DNA of 64,000 nt from Burkholderiales bacterium (lineage in GTDB: Bacteria > Pseudomonadota > Gammaproteobacteria > Burkholderiales > SG8-39): assembly GCA_046153355.1 (NCBI GenBank), contig JBJXEY010000388.1, forward strand, positions 9,342 through 73,341. Reading direction: 5' to 3'. The stretch's first letter is position 1; each line of letters opens with the position of its first letter. The translations under genes and the position numbers were made by a program. Shown piece after piece: positions 36,555-46,684 of the stretch. A model generated the notes under the pieces. The model worked only from the letters and a program-made list of their open reading frames with translations, searched no databases and was not told the origin of the DNA.

Positions 36555-37151
36555 ATGACAACCCCATACCAGCCTGGCGCAGCGAAAGCGCCCTTGTATG
36601 CGCTAAGGCGCGCTGATCGTGAACGCCTGAATGGACACACCGGTCGCGTGGTTTGGATCACCGGCCTCTCGGGCGCGGGAAAGTCGACCCTGGCCAATGC
36701 GCTGGAATTGGCCTTGCATGCGCAAGGCAAGCGCACCTACGTACTCGATGGAGACATCTTGCGTTCGGGGCTCAACAAAGACCTCGGTTTCGACGCCGCC
36801 AGCCGCGCCGAAAATATTCGCCGCGTCGCCGAAGTCGCGGCGATCATGATGGACGCGGGCATCATTGTCATCACCGCTTTCATCTCGCCATTTCGGCGCG
36901 AACGCGACATGGCACGCGAATTGATCGGCGACCGGGGGTTCATCGAAGTGTACGTAAACACGCCATTAGCGGTGTGTGAGCAACGCGACCCAAAGGGTCT
37001 CTACAAAAAAGCGCGCCAAGGGCAATTGCGCGACTTCACTGGCATCGACAGCCCCTATGAAGCTCCCCTACGGCCCGGGGTCAGCTTCGACTTTTCTGCG
37101 CAATGCTCGCAGGAGGCGGTGCAGGTTTTACTGGGGATGTTGGAAAAATAA
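36555..37151 (+). CDS. cysC: Adenylyl-sulfate kinase
   Basis: [28 protein letters not shown] and FTGIDSPYE motifs. Confidence 0.95.
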   Translation: MTTPYQPGAAKAPLYALRRADRERLNGHTGRVVWITGLSGAGKSTLANALELALHAQGKRTYVLDGDILRSGLNKDLGFDAASRAENIRRVAEVAAIMMDAGIIVITAFISPFRRERDMARELIGDRGFIEVYVNTPLAVCEQRDPKGLYKKARQGQLRDFTGIDSPYEAPLRPGVSFDFSAQCSQEAVQVLLGMLEK

Positions 37152-37176
37152 CTCTCGCCCCCGAACTCGTTGGCGC

Positions 37177-37218
37177 AAAAAAATCGGACCTGCCCTTTTG
37201 GGTCAGGTCCGAGATTTT
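37177..37218 (-). terminator. Intrinsic terminator, possibly bidirectional
   Basis: Stem tcggacctg-ccc/ggg-t-caggtccga with A7 on the left (U7 on minus strand), between convergent cysC and ubiD. Confidence 0.75.
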
Positions 37219-37253
37219 GGCTACTTGGGCGGTCTGATACTCAGGCGTTACGA

Positions 37254-38864
37254 TCAAGTCCCTTCGTTCGGGTCGTGATACATCTCGCCGACTATCGCGG
37301 TGTATCCCGGTTTGCCGGTGGCCAGGTGATAACGCCCATCACGATCACGGCCCAGTTTGCCTTGCGCTCGCAGCCCATCCAGGGCCAAGGCCACTTCGCG
37401 ACCGTCGTCACTCCCGACCGCTTCGACAATCGCCGCATAGAACATCGGCCCCGCGGTCAAGGCTTCTTCAACGGTCTTGAATTTCGCCGGACCTTTGAAG
37501 AATTTGGCGGCACAACGCGTGAGCGGAATCTGGCCATCTTTGCCAAACGGCCGAGTGCAATCGAAGCCTGATTTCGCACCGGTGCGACGGCCTTGCAGCG
37601 ACGGGTCCATGGTCATTCCCATGATGCCTTGGATGATTACCATGTCGGTATCGGCCTGAAAGCGCGTGCCCAGGGCCCAGTTGCATTGCGAGTCGTTGCG
37701 GATGTCGATGTCTTCATCGAAGACATACACGTGTTTCAGCCGCATGATGCCGCCAAACAACGCGAGGATGGCTTGTTTACCTTCGCCGATCGAGCGCTGG
37801 CGCATGGAGACGCGCAGGGTGTTCGATCCGCCCGATGTTTCCACCTGGTATACATCGACGGGCTCGCGTATCGCTGCCTTCAAAATTTTCATGGCATCGG
37901 CCTCGATGCGCATGGCGCTGATCACCGCGCCATCGGATTGATCCAGATCGAAGGCAGAGCCGTGCAGGAAGGTTTGCCACATGGCGTCGCGGCGCATGGT
38001 GAGCGCGGTGCACGTGAACACCGGGTCCATGTGAATCGAGCCGTAGTAACCCATGTATTCGCCGTAGGGGCCTTCGGGTTCGACATAGCCACGCTCATCG
38101 AGGTAACCCTCCATGATCACTTCGGCATCCGCCGGCACGAGAATGTTGTTGGTCAAACTGCGCACCACTGGCACCACTTCATCGCGAAATGCACCAACCA
38201 GATTCAATTCCTCACCAGGACGGCGGGTGGTGGCGGCAAACATATCCAGCGGATGCGCGCCCAGGGTGAAGGTAATCGGTAGTTTTTCGCCACGTTTCAC
38301 GCAGGCCTGATAGATGCGTTTCAGATCCGAGGGCGCGGTGACGTTGGTGCCGGTCTGCGTTTTATTGCGCAGTGACAAACGGCGGCTACCGACGTTGGTG
38401 CGGCCCGTGGCCGGGTCGATGGTGTAGTCGATACCCGAGGAGATGTAGCAACTGCCGTCGAACTCGTGCTGCGGATGGAAGGGCAGCTTGGTTAGATCGA
38501 TTTGATCGCCGGTCAACACCACCTCATGCACCGGTGCTTCGTTGGAGGGCACCTCGACGAATTCGCCGGGATTGGCCATGCGTTTGTAATAGGCCTCGTT
38601 GAATTTCTCCGGCGTGGTACCAAATGCTGCGGCGATACGCCGGCGGCTACCGAGAACCTTGGCGGCGACTTCGTGCCCCTGTGGTCCGGCCTTTTTAAAT
38701 ACCAAACCCTTTTTGCTGGTCTCGATCATTTCGCTCATTTTGGTGAGAGGGGTGGGGGCGTTGATAACCTCCATTTCGCCCATCTCCACCAGGCGTTCCA
38801 CCAGCTTACGCAGACGGAATTTATCCATATCGATATTGGTGCTGCGCGTAACTTTCTTATCCAT
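37254..38864 (-). CDS. UbiD-family prFMN decarboxylase with C-terminal extension
   Basis: AGGAGAGG RBS; EGPYGEYMGY, VFDEDIDI, WALGTR and MDPS motifs. Confidence 0.88.
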   Translation of the reverse strand: MDKKVTRSTNIDMDKFRLRKLVERLVEMGEMEVINAPTPLTKMSEMIETSKKGLVFKKAGPQGHEVAAKVLGSRRRIAAAFGTTPEKFNEAYYKRMANPGEFVEVPSNEAPVHEVVLTGDQIDLTKLPFHPQHEFDGSCYISSGIDYTIDPATGRTNVGSRRLSLRNKTQTGTNVTAPSDLKRIYQACVKRGEKLPITFTLGAHPLDMFAATTRRPGEELNLVGAFRDEVVPVVRSLTNNILVPADAEVIMEGYLDERGYVEPEGPYGEYMGYYGSIHMDPVFTCTALTMRRDAMWQTFLHGSAFDLDQSDGAVISAMRIEADAMKILKAAIREPVDVYQVETSGGSNTLRVSMRQRSIGEGKQAILALFGGIMRLKHVYVFDEDIDIRNDSQCNWALGTRFQADTDMVIIQGIMGMTMDPSLQGRRTGAKSGFDCTRPFGKDGQIPLTRCAAKFFKGPAKFKTVEEALTAGPMFYAAIVEAVGSDDGREVALALDGLRAQGKLGRDRDGRYHLATGKPGYTAIVGEMYHDPNEGT

Positions 38865-38975
38865 GACCACCTCTCCTTTTTGGCGAATGTGCGATGTTCC
38901 CATCTATGCGGGCCGCTGTCGAGGGCAGCCGCACGAATGGCACGCGAGATTGAAAATGCTTGAAAAGCCGCTCCC

Positions 38976-39968
38976 CTACTCGATCTTCAGCTTGCCCTCG
39001 TTTTTCAGGCGTTCGTACAAGGCGCGGTCGCGCGCCAAAAACTGGGCAAAGGCTTCGGTGGATTCGCCGCTGGGGGCGGCGCGCTCCATGCCGTTATTGA
39101 ACAAAATCTTTTCCTGGAAGCCTGGGTCAAGCGTCACCTTCGATACCGAGCGGTTCCAACGATCAATAATTTCGCGCGGTGTACCCGCCTTGAAAAACAG
39201 CCCATACCAATTGCGAATTACGATATCCAGGCCTTCCTCTTTTACGGTGGGCAGGTCGGGATATCCGGCGACGCGTTTCTCGGAAATGATGGCCAGCACG
39301 CGGGTCTTTCCAGCCCTGGCTTGCGCCATCGCGGCGCCGGCGGCAAACACCGTGGCCTGCACTTCTCCCGAAATCACCGCCTGCAGGGCCTGCGGATTGC
39401 TCTTGTAAGGCACGTTGTAAAAATCGATGCCTTGATTGTGACGAAACCATTCGGCGTACAAGTTGCTCGTGGTGGGCGTGCCCGCGGTGCCAAAGGTGAT
39501 GGCGCCGGGTTTTGCCTTGGCAAGCGCGATCAATTCTTTCAATGTCTTAGCCGGGACAGCGGCATTGGCTACGAAGACGCTATTGAATTGCGCGATCATC
39601 ACCGCCGGCGCGAGATCTTTTTGCGGCTCGTAAGGAAGATCTTTCTGCAATACCGGATTCACCGTGATGGCGCCAGCGCTCACCATGAGGACGTTGTAAC
39701 CATCGGCCGAAGCACGCATCAGATTTTGCACCGCGACGATGCCATCGCCCTGCGGCACATTCTCGATGATGATGGGTTGGCCGAATTCCTGACGCAGCGG
39801 CTCGGAGAAGCCGCGCATGATGATGTCCGGCGGGCCGCCGGCGACACTGGCGACCATGACGCGCAACGGTTTGGAAGGGTAGGCCTGCGCCCAAGCACCT
39901 GTTTGAAGGGCTGCCTGGAGGGCGATACACGCAATGGGTGCTGCGCATAATTTCATAACTTTAATCAT
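38976..39968 (-). CDS. Bug/TctC substrate-binding protein
   Basis: Signal peptide; AGGPPD, ADGY and VPYK motifs. Confidence 0.92.
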   Translation of the reverse strand: MIKVMKLCAAPIACIALQAALQTGAWAQAYPSKPLRVMVASVAGGPPDIIMRGFSEPLRQEFGQPIIIENVPQGDGIVAVQNLMRASADGYNVLMVSAGAITVNPVLQKDLPYEPQKDLAPAVMIAQFNSVFVANAAVPAKTLKELIALAKAKPGAITFGTAGTPTTSNLYAEWFRHNQGIDFYNVPYKSNPQALQAVISGEVQATVFAAGAAMAQARAGKTRVLAIISEKRVAGYPDLPTVKEEGLDIVIRNWYGLFFKAGTPREIIDRWNRSVSKVTLDPGFQEKILFNNGMERAAPSGESTEAFAQFLARDRALYERLKNEGKLKIE

Positions 39969-40036
39969 AGAGACTCCTTTGTAGATGTGCATTGCTACGG
40001 AAATGCAATACTAAATTTAAATAATCCCGCAGTAGG

Positions 40037-41656
40037 TTAAGGCTTTCTGCTGTGACCGCGCGGCATCAAGGCCTGCCAGGGCGGCATCGCGCCTACCGGC
40101 ACTTCAATCAAAGCCGGCGAATTTGCGGCAATTGCCTGCGTCAGGTGTTGCGTCAATTGCGCTGGGGAACCCGCGCGCAAACCCAATATACCAAAGGACT
40201 TCGCCAAGCCCATGAAATCCGGATTGGTCAGGTCGCTGCCGTGATAGCGCCCATCAAAGGTCAACTTTTGCGTGCGCCGCACATTGCCGTAACCGCTGTC
40301 GTTGAACACGATGGCGATGCTGTTGATGCCATGCTGCGCCGCCGTGGCCATCTCCGGCATGGTGAACATGAATCCGCCATCCCCGCAGATCGCCACTACC
40401 GGACGATCCGGATGCGCCACCTTCACACCGAGCGAAGTGGCATAGCCATAACCCAGCGAATCCTGGAACCCCGGATAAATAATGCCGCGTGGATGGTAAG
40501 CGGGGAAACCGTTCCAACCGTAAAAGCCGATTTGCGTGATATCGGCAACGACGATGCCTTCATCGGGTAGGCCCGCGCGAATCGCATCCGACCAGGATTT
40601 TTGCGGTTCCAGCACCGAAATCTTTTTTAACGCCGCGGCTTTGACCGCCTCCAGTTCCACTTGGCGCGAGGCACGCGATTGCTCGGGAAGCGCCGCTTTG
40701 ATTGCCGCGAGTGCGCCGGCAGCGCTTGCAACGATGACCAAATCGGTGCGCGCCGGCTTTTCAATCTGCATGGCGTCGATGTCGATGCGTATGGTTTTCA
40801 TCCGCTCATCCGCACCCCAGGCGTGCCCTTCCATGTAACGCGTCCCCACCGCCAATACCGCATCCACTTCGGGCCATAACAAATTGCCGCCGATAACCGT
40901 CTGCGCAAGATAGTGACGGTCAGAAACCGTGCCGCGTGCGTGGCGCGTCATCATGATGGGCGCCTCCAGCGCCTCTGCCAGCGCGAGCAATTCTTTTTCC
41001 GCACCGAACGCACCACCGCCAGCAATGATCAAGGGCTTCTTCGCGCTGGCGAGCCACTGCGCCGCCTGCTCGATGGATTTCTGGTCCGGGACGGGATCGG
41101 GCAGGCGCGCACCGCGAACGCCCAGGGAAACTTCCGCATTTTCTTGCGTAACATCATCCGGCACTTGAAACAACACCGGGCCACAGCGGCCGCTCAATGC
41201 GAGGGTGACCGCCTCGTTGATACCCGATGAAACTTTGGACGCATGATCGGCCAGGATCTGACCCTTGGTGAGTGGCGCGAATACCGCCGACTGGTCCGAG
41301 AGCTCATGCAGAATCCCCAGGCCACGGCCGATATTGCGTCGGGAAATCTGCCCAGTGAGCGCCAGCACCGGCGTATTGCTCGCCTGCATGGTGCACACCG
41401 CGGTGCAGGTGTTGAGTATGCCGGGGCCGGGCACCACCAGGAATGCACCAAGCTTGCCGGTGGATTCCGCATAGCCATACGCCATATACGCCACGCCTTG
41501 CTCATGGCGCGAATTGATCACGCGGATGCTGCTGCGCTCGTGATACAGCGCATCGAAAATGTAGTCGAGCTGCACGCCGGGCAAGCCGAACAAAGTATCG
41601 ACGCCGTTGTGCTTCAAGGACTGCACAAAGGCCTGTGCGCCGGTCATAACTGCCAT
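40037..41656 (-). CDS. Thiamine pyrophosphate-dependent enzyme (acetolactate synthase large subunit-like)
   Basis: FGLPG, RHEQ and GDGGFMF...ND TPP motif. Confidence 0.9.
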   Translation of the reverse strand: MAVMTGAQAFVQSLKHNGVDTLFGLPGVQLDYIFDALYHERSSIRVINSRHEQGVAYMAYGYAESTGKLGAFLVVPGPGILNTCTAVCTMQASNTPVLALTGQISRRNIGRGLGILHELSDQSAVFAPLTKGQILADHASKVSSGINEAVTLALSGRCGPVLFQVPDDVTQENAEVSLGVRGARLPDPVPDQKSIEQAAQWLASAKKPLIIAGGGAFGAEKELLALAEALEAPIMMTRHARGTVSDRHYLAQTVIGGNLLWPEVDAVLAVGTRYMEGHAWGADERMKTIRIDIDAMQIEKPARTDLVIVASAAGALAAIKAALPEQSRASRQVELEAVKAAALKKISVLEPQKSWSDAIRAGLPDEGIVVADITQIGFYGWNGFPAYHPRGIIYPGFQDSLGYGYATSLGVKVAHPDRPVVAICGDGGFMFTMPEMATAAQHGINSIAIVFNDSGYGNVRRTQKLTFDGRYHGSDLTNPDFMGLAKSFGILGLRAGSPAQLTQHLTQAIAANSPALIEVPVGAMPPWQALMPRGHSRKP

Positions 41657-41789
41657 AGTAAAACTCCGAGGGTGGATGAATTGAGGGGCGTGAGTTTAAC
41701 CGCCCGGCGCGGCGCGAGTTCAATCGCGATAATGTTTAGAACCAAATGCCGGTATCGCGAAAACGATTCGATCCTGCCGCCAGCGGCGG

Positions 41790-42782
41790 CTATTGATCGA
41801 TCTTGACGCCGGACTTCACCACCAGCTCTTGCCCGCGAACCCTGTCCTGCGCGAGAAATACTTTGAAGTCTTCGATCGAATTGCCGATGGGCTCGAAGCC
41901 GCCACGCTTTAAGAACCTTTCGTGAAACCCGGGGGAATGAATCACCCGCGCTAGTTCGGCGTTGATTCTCTGCACCAACGCCCGCGGTGTTCCAGCCGGC
42001 GCGAACACCCCATAGAAGAGCTTGGTGTCGAATTTCGGCAGACCGACATCATCGAAGTTGGGAGTATCCGGAAGATTGGGATTGCGCGAGCTGCCGGGAA
42101 TCAAAATGGCCTTAGCCTGCCCGGTTTTGATGCGTTCGATGATATCCGGTGCGGCGACAAGATAAGTCAGATGCACGTCGCCGCGCTCAAAGGCAAGCAT
42201 CGCCGGCGCAGAACCCGCGAATGGGATGTGGGTCATGCTTGCCCCGGTTTTGTCTTTGATCCATTCAAGCAAAAGGTGCGAGTCGCCCCCAATTCCGAGG
42301 GAGGCATAATTGAGTTTTGCTGGATTCTGCTTGGAATACTCCACCAGCTCCTTGAAGGAATTCGCTGGCACATTGCGATTCATGATGAGCACGCCCTGCG
42401 CATAGACCGCGTTGGTGACCGGCTCGAAATCCTTTTCCGGGTCGTAGGAGAGTTTGTTATACAAAAACTGATTCAAGGACACCGAAGCGGAATTTAGCAG
42501 GCACAGGGTATAACCTTCGCGGTCGCCGCCTTTGCACGCGGTGGCGGCGATCACGGTATTCGCGCCGGGCTTGTGATCGAGCACGAAGCCCTGCCCGGTT
42601 TGCTCGCGGAATCCCTCGCCCAACGCGCGCGCCAGAATATCCACCGGGCCTCCTGGGGGAAACGGCACGATCATGCGTACCGGCTTTCTAGGATAGTCCT
42701 GCGCCAATGCAAGGTTTGCCAACGTGCCCAGAAAAATCACTCCTACCATCGACATCCAGATTGCTCGCGATTTCATGTCCAT
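41790..42782 (-). CDS. Bug/TctC substrate-binding protein
   Basis: AAGGAG RBS; FPPGGPVD and GDSHL motifs. Confidence 0.92.
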   Translation of the reverse strand: MDMKSRAIWMSMVGVIFLGTLANLALAQDYPRKPVRMIVPFPPGGPVDILARALGEGFREQTGQGFVLDHKPGANTVIAATACKGGDREGYTLCLLNSASVSLNQFLYNKLSYDPEKDFEPVTNAVYAQGVLIMNRNVPANSFKELVEYSKQNPAKLNYASLGIGGDSHLLLEWIKDKTGASMTHIPFAGSAPAMLAFERGDVHLTYLVAAPDIIERIKTGQAKAILIPGSSRNPNLPDTPNFDDVGLPKFDTKLFYGVFAPAGTPRALVQRINAELARVIHSPGFHERFLKRGGFEPIGNSIEDFKVFLAQDRVRGQELVVKSGVKIDQ

Positions 42783-42790
42783 GCTCCTTT

Positions 42791-43882
42791 TTAGCTGCCC
42801 GCAAGCCGTTCGGCGGTGCGTTCCGATATGCCCGGCCTCCCGGTAAGATTCATTTGTTCGACCATACGACGCATATGCTGTTCGGCGCGCAGCGGCGGAT
42901 AACGCTCGGGGTTCCCGGCGGTCTTGCAGGTATGCAGGCATTCAATCATTTCCATGCCGTTCGGATGGAAGAAAAATGCCAACGAAATTCTCGGCTGATC
43001 GGTCAAATTGATGGCCCGGTGCAGGCTCGAGGTGAACACATCGTTGGTCCACATGGCGAACATATCCGCGATATTGACCACCAGACTTCCCTCCAAGGGT
43101 GGCACCTCGATCCACTGCCCGGCCGCATTGCGCACTTGCAGGCCGCCCAACGCGTCCTGCGTCAACAAGGTGAACGCCCCGTAATCGGTATGCGGCGAGA
43201 ACCCCCATTTATTGCGCGCGCGCGCCTCGGGGGAGAGCGGTGAATAAAAATTGAAAAATAGCGAACATCCGGGATAGCGAAACGCCCGATCGAAATAGGT
43301 TTCGGGCAACTCAAGGCTCATTGCGAAGGCTTGAACCAGTTGCTGGCCGATTTCGACGCGCTTTTGCAAATGCGATTTCATCAAAGCTTCGAATCCCGGC
43401 AACACGGTATCGTCGGGCCATTGCGAGTTGCCGGCGCTGTAACGGCCTTGCAAGGGTTCACCCGCAAAAATCTCACGGCCCATGCCAAAGCGCTCCTTGG
43501 CGTCTGCCGCATCGAGCGCGGCCGCGTCCGGATTGACCCCGCCGGTACGGATGTATCCCTGCCTCACGGAGGAGTTGTCGGTGCGGGTTTTCATCTTTTC
43601 ATCGAGTGGCAGCGCGAAAAACTTCAAACCCATGCCATGCACCAGGTCAATTTCGCTCTGGCTCAATCCGTGGCCCAGCAAATAAAAAAATCCAATGTCG
43701 ATGCAGGCTTGACGTATTTGCTCGGCCACCGCTAGGCGCTGCCGCGGGGTTCCCTTCACGAACTGGGCGAGGTCAACGACAGGCAGGGTCGACAGCGCCG
43801 CGCGCTCGACGCCTGCGCCTTGGTAGCGCATGTCAAATGCCGCGTAATCCTGTAGATCCTGGCTATCGAGCGGTCGGACCAT
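42791..43882 (-). CDS. 2-oxoglutarate/Fe(II) oxygenase, isopenicillin N synthase family
   Basis: GFFYL, HTDYGAFTLL, GGLQV and HR...R.S motifs; start uncertain. Confidence 0.9.
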   Translation of the reverse strand: MVRPLDSQDLQDYAAFDMRYQGAGVERAALSTLPVVDLAQFVKGTPRQRLAVAEQIRQACIDIGFFYLLGHGLSQSEIDLVHGMGLKFFALPLDEKMKTRTDNSSVRQGYIRTGGVNPDAAALDAADAKERFGMGREIFAGEPLQGRYSAGNSQWPDDTVLPGFEALMKSHLQKRVEIGQQLVQAFAMSLELPETYFDRAFRYPGCSLFFNFYSPLSPEARARNKWGFSPHTDYGAFTLLTQDALGGLQVRNAAGQWIEVPPLEGSLVVNIADMFAMWTNDVFTSSLHRAINLTDQPRISLAFFFHPNGMEMIECLHTCKTAGNPERYPPLRAEQHMRRMVEQMNLTGRPGISERTAERLAGS

Positions 43883-43978
43883 CCCAATATCCCCCTGAAA
43901 CTGAAAAATACTTGCCATTTTTCGCACAACACGACAACGGAAACGCCGCGCCACGGTTAAATCGGGTAACTCGACCTC

Positions 43979-46114
43979 TCACCCGGATTTTAATTCGCGA
44001 AGCTGCATGATGACTTTCTCGAAGTGCGTCCAGGCAAGCGCCTGCCCCTCGCTAAATGCAACCAATTTGGACTCTTCGCACACCCCTTTGATGTCAGCGC
44101 CCGAAAAACCCTCGCTGCCCGCGGCTAGGCGCACAGCGAGTTCCGCGCGAACGGGTTCGGCCAAGATCGCACCCTGGAGAAACAAGCGCGCGATCTCGCC
44201 GCGCTCAGCCTCATCAGGCATGGGAACATAAATTCGCGTGCCCAATCTGCCAGGGCGCAGCACCGCGCCATCCACCAGATCGATGCGATTGGTGGCGCCG
44301 ATGACCAGAATATTCGCCACCGCCTTGATGCCATCCAATTCCGAGAGAATCTGATTGACCACGCGCTCAGTAGTACGCGAGCCCGAATCTATGCCGCGCT
44401 TGGGGGCGATGGCATCGAGTTGATCGAAAAAAATAATACACGGCGACAACTGTCGCGCCACGCGGAAGATGTGGCGAATCGCGGCTTCCGACTCGCCCAG
44501 CCATTTGCCGAAAATTTCGGGGCCATCCACGGCGAGAAAGTTCACGCCCGCTTCATTGGCAATGGCCTTCGCGATCATGGTTTTGCCGGTACCCGATGGC
44601 CCATGTAGCAAAACACCACGCGGCGGCGTAATGCCAGCTTTCTCCAATTCGCCAGGGTTCGTCAGCGAGCGAACAATCAACACCTGCAGTTCGCGCTTAA
44701 TACGTTCGAGGCCGCCGATTTCGCTCCATTTCACATCCGGTATGGCGATAAACGATTCGCGAATCGCCGAGGGGCGAATGGTGGATAAGGCACCGTTGAA
44801 ATCCTCGATCTCCACGGTAATGAATTCGGATTTGATATTGAAGGCATCCAAATGGTTCTCAAGCATCGAGGTGCTGCGGCGCAAGGCATTTAAACCCGCC
44901 TCTCGGCATAACTCCATGATGTCGGCGCCGACAAAACCATGCGTGGCGGCGGCGATTTGCGGCAGGTAATCGGCGGCGTCATTCGCCAGCGGCATGTCGC
45001 GCGTGTGGATGCGAAGGATTTCTAGGCGCCCGTCGACTGAGGGCGAATCGATAAACACTTCGCGATCGAAGCGCCCCGGCCGGCGCATGGCGGTATCCAG
45101 GGCGTCGATGCGGTTGGTGGTGCCGATGATCACCACGCCCTCCACCTTGGTGAGGCCATCCATTAAGGAAAGTAATTGCGTCACCGAGCGCACGTCGCTT
45201 TGCGAACCGACGTGTTCTCGGTTGGGAGCGATGGCATCCAGCTCATCGATAAAAATGATCGACGGGGCGTGATGCGCCGCTTCGTTGAAAATTTTTCGCA
45301 GGTTGGCCTCGGTCTCGCCCTGCATGGTGCCCACCAACGCGGGGCCGTTGATATAGAAAAAATTCGCGTCGATCTCGTTGGCAATCGCCTTGGTGAGATG
45401 CGTCTTGCCGCTGCCCGGCGGCCCGTAGAGAACGATACCTTTGGGCGCTTGAATACCCAGTTGGCGGTACACATGCGGGCATTGCAGTGGCAACTGAATC
45501 AGCTCGCGGATGAGTTTGATCTCCGGCCCGACGCCGCCGACATCCTCGAATGTGATATCGAAAACGCCGTGGTCGTGGCCTTCCTCGGGCAATTCAATCT
45601 CAATTTTGGTATCGGCGGTGATAATTCCTGGGCCACCGGGCAGCCTCACTACCCGATAAATGGTGCCCGCTCTGGAGTGATGAAAGGTGGAAAACAGGAT
45701 CGACCCCTGCATCACCGGCGTGGCGTTCTCGACGAAATTTTCCTTCAAGTGCTGCAACAGATGATGCGCCTCGGAAACATCGATGGGTGCGGTGAGCACC
45801 ACGCGCTCAGCCGGCCCGAGATCGACCTTCTGCACGCGCACTTCCTCCGACAATTTGCATTTGATCGATTGGCGCAACAAACGATCCAGACGTATCGACT
45901 TCCCACCCTTGTCCGCCTCGATAGGCGGCCCGACCCGGCCCAGGGTCTCGCGCCCCATGGGCGATTCGATCGACACCACATCGCCCTCGGCGATATCGGC
46001 TGATGCCATGAGTTCGGGGTCGAGGTTCACCATGCACTGCGAGGAGGTGGTGAGCTCCGACTGAACACGATTGACGCGCGCGCGTACGTACTTCAATGCC
46101 TTAGGCTCATTCAT
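43979..46114 (-). CDS. CDC48/p97/VAT-like double-ring AAA+ ATPase
   Basis: N-domain; D1 GPPGSGKT/FIDELD/RRPGRFD; D2 GPSGTGKT/FFDQLD/RPGRL; linker PSAIRE..P.V.W..IGG. Confidence 0.92.
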   Translation of the reverse strand: MNEPKALKYVRARVNRVQSELTTSSQCMVNLDPELMASADIAEGDVVSIESPMGRETLGRVGPPIEADKGGKSIRLDRLLRQSIKCKLSEEVRVQKVDLGPAERVVLTAPIDVSEAHHLLQHLKENFVENATPVMQGSILFSTFHHSRAGTIYRVVRLPGGPGIITADTKIEIELPEEGHDHGVFDITFEDVGGVGPEIKLIRELIQLPLQCPHVYRQLGIQAPKGIVLYGPPGSGKTHLTKAIANEIDANFFYINGPALVGTMQGETEANLRKIFNEAAHHAPSIIFIDELDAIAPNREHVGSQSDVRSVTQLLSLMDGLTKVEGVVIIGTTNRIDALDTAMRRPGRFDREVFIDSPSVDGRLEILRIHTRDMPLANDAADYLPQIAAATHGFVGADIMELCREAGLNALRRSTSMLENHLDAFNIKSEFITVEIEDFNGALSTIRPSAIRESFIAIPDVKWSEIGGLERIKRELQVLIVRSLTNPGELEKAGITPPRGVLLHGPSGTGKTMIAKAIANEAGVNFLAVDGPEIFGKWLGESEAAIRHIFRVARQLSPCIIFFDQLDAIAPKRGIDSGSRTTERVVNQILSELDGIKAVANILVIGATNRIDLVDGAVLRPGRLGTRIYVPMPDEAERGEIARLFLQGAILAEPVRAELAVRLAAGSEGFSGADIKGVCEESKLVAFSEGQALAWTHFEKVIMQLRELKSG

Positions 46115-46123
46115 GCACCAGTC

Positions 46124-46630
46124 CTACTTCTTTTTGAAGTCCGGCGAGTCTTCGATTTCCTCGTAGCTCGAGCCTTTGTCCAGGCCCAGCGCCTCGGTGA
46201 AATTGGGCTCGATGGCGGCGATTTGCGCCTCCTCGTCGTCGCTGTCGTTAAAGTGCTGGTAGGTCACGCCGTCTTTTCGCAGCGGCAGTTGAATCAACTC
46301 GCCCGCGACCCAGGAGTAGCGCACGCCATCGAGAATGGTGTGTCCCTTGCCTTTCCAGAAATAAAAAATCTTGCCCCCCGGATGGTGCTGCCTGCCGCTT
46401 TTGCTGCCTGGGGGAATGTGCTGCACGTAAAAAATCTTGGTATTCATCGATACATCGGTCAGATTCGGATGCATGTACCACTGCATCAATCCGTGGCGAT
46501 TGCTCTCCACCGGAATGTCATTGCCGCGAAGGATGAATATTCCTTTTCTGCGCTCGCGTTGCTTATCCCTTAACTCCATCAATTCGTCGAATAGGTTTCG
46601 CTTGGCGAGTTGTTCTTTACGTTCACTCAT
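46124..46630 (-). CDS. Cupin-domain protein (degenerate metal site)
   Basis: SGRQHHPGG...G.G.T..DG.RY.W..G....LP....V.YQHFN. Confidence 0.8.
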   Translation of the reverse strand: MSERKEQLAKRNLFDELMELRDKQRERRKGIFILRGNDIPVESNRHGLMQWYMHPNLTDVSMNTKIFYVQHIPPGSKSGRQHHPGGKIFYFWKGKGHTILDGVRYSWVAGELIQLPLRKDGVTYQHFNDSDDEEAQIAAIEPNFTEALGLDKGSSYEEIEDSPDFKKK

Positions 46631-46684
46631 TTCATTCTCCCTGCATCGGCTTGAGCATAAATCGGTTGGTGTGTTTGATTTGCG

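Noticed and set aside
38938-38955. Sigma-54-like TGGCAC element
   Set aside because: Wrong strand for the adjacent ubiD and no correctly spaced TTGC.
40037-41656. ilvB/ilvI assignment
   Set aside because: No small subunit or ilvC; sits between Bugs and ubiD, so the substrate is unknown.
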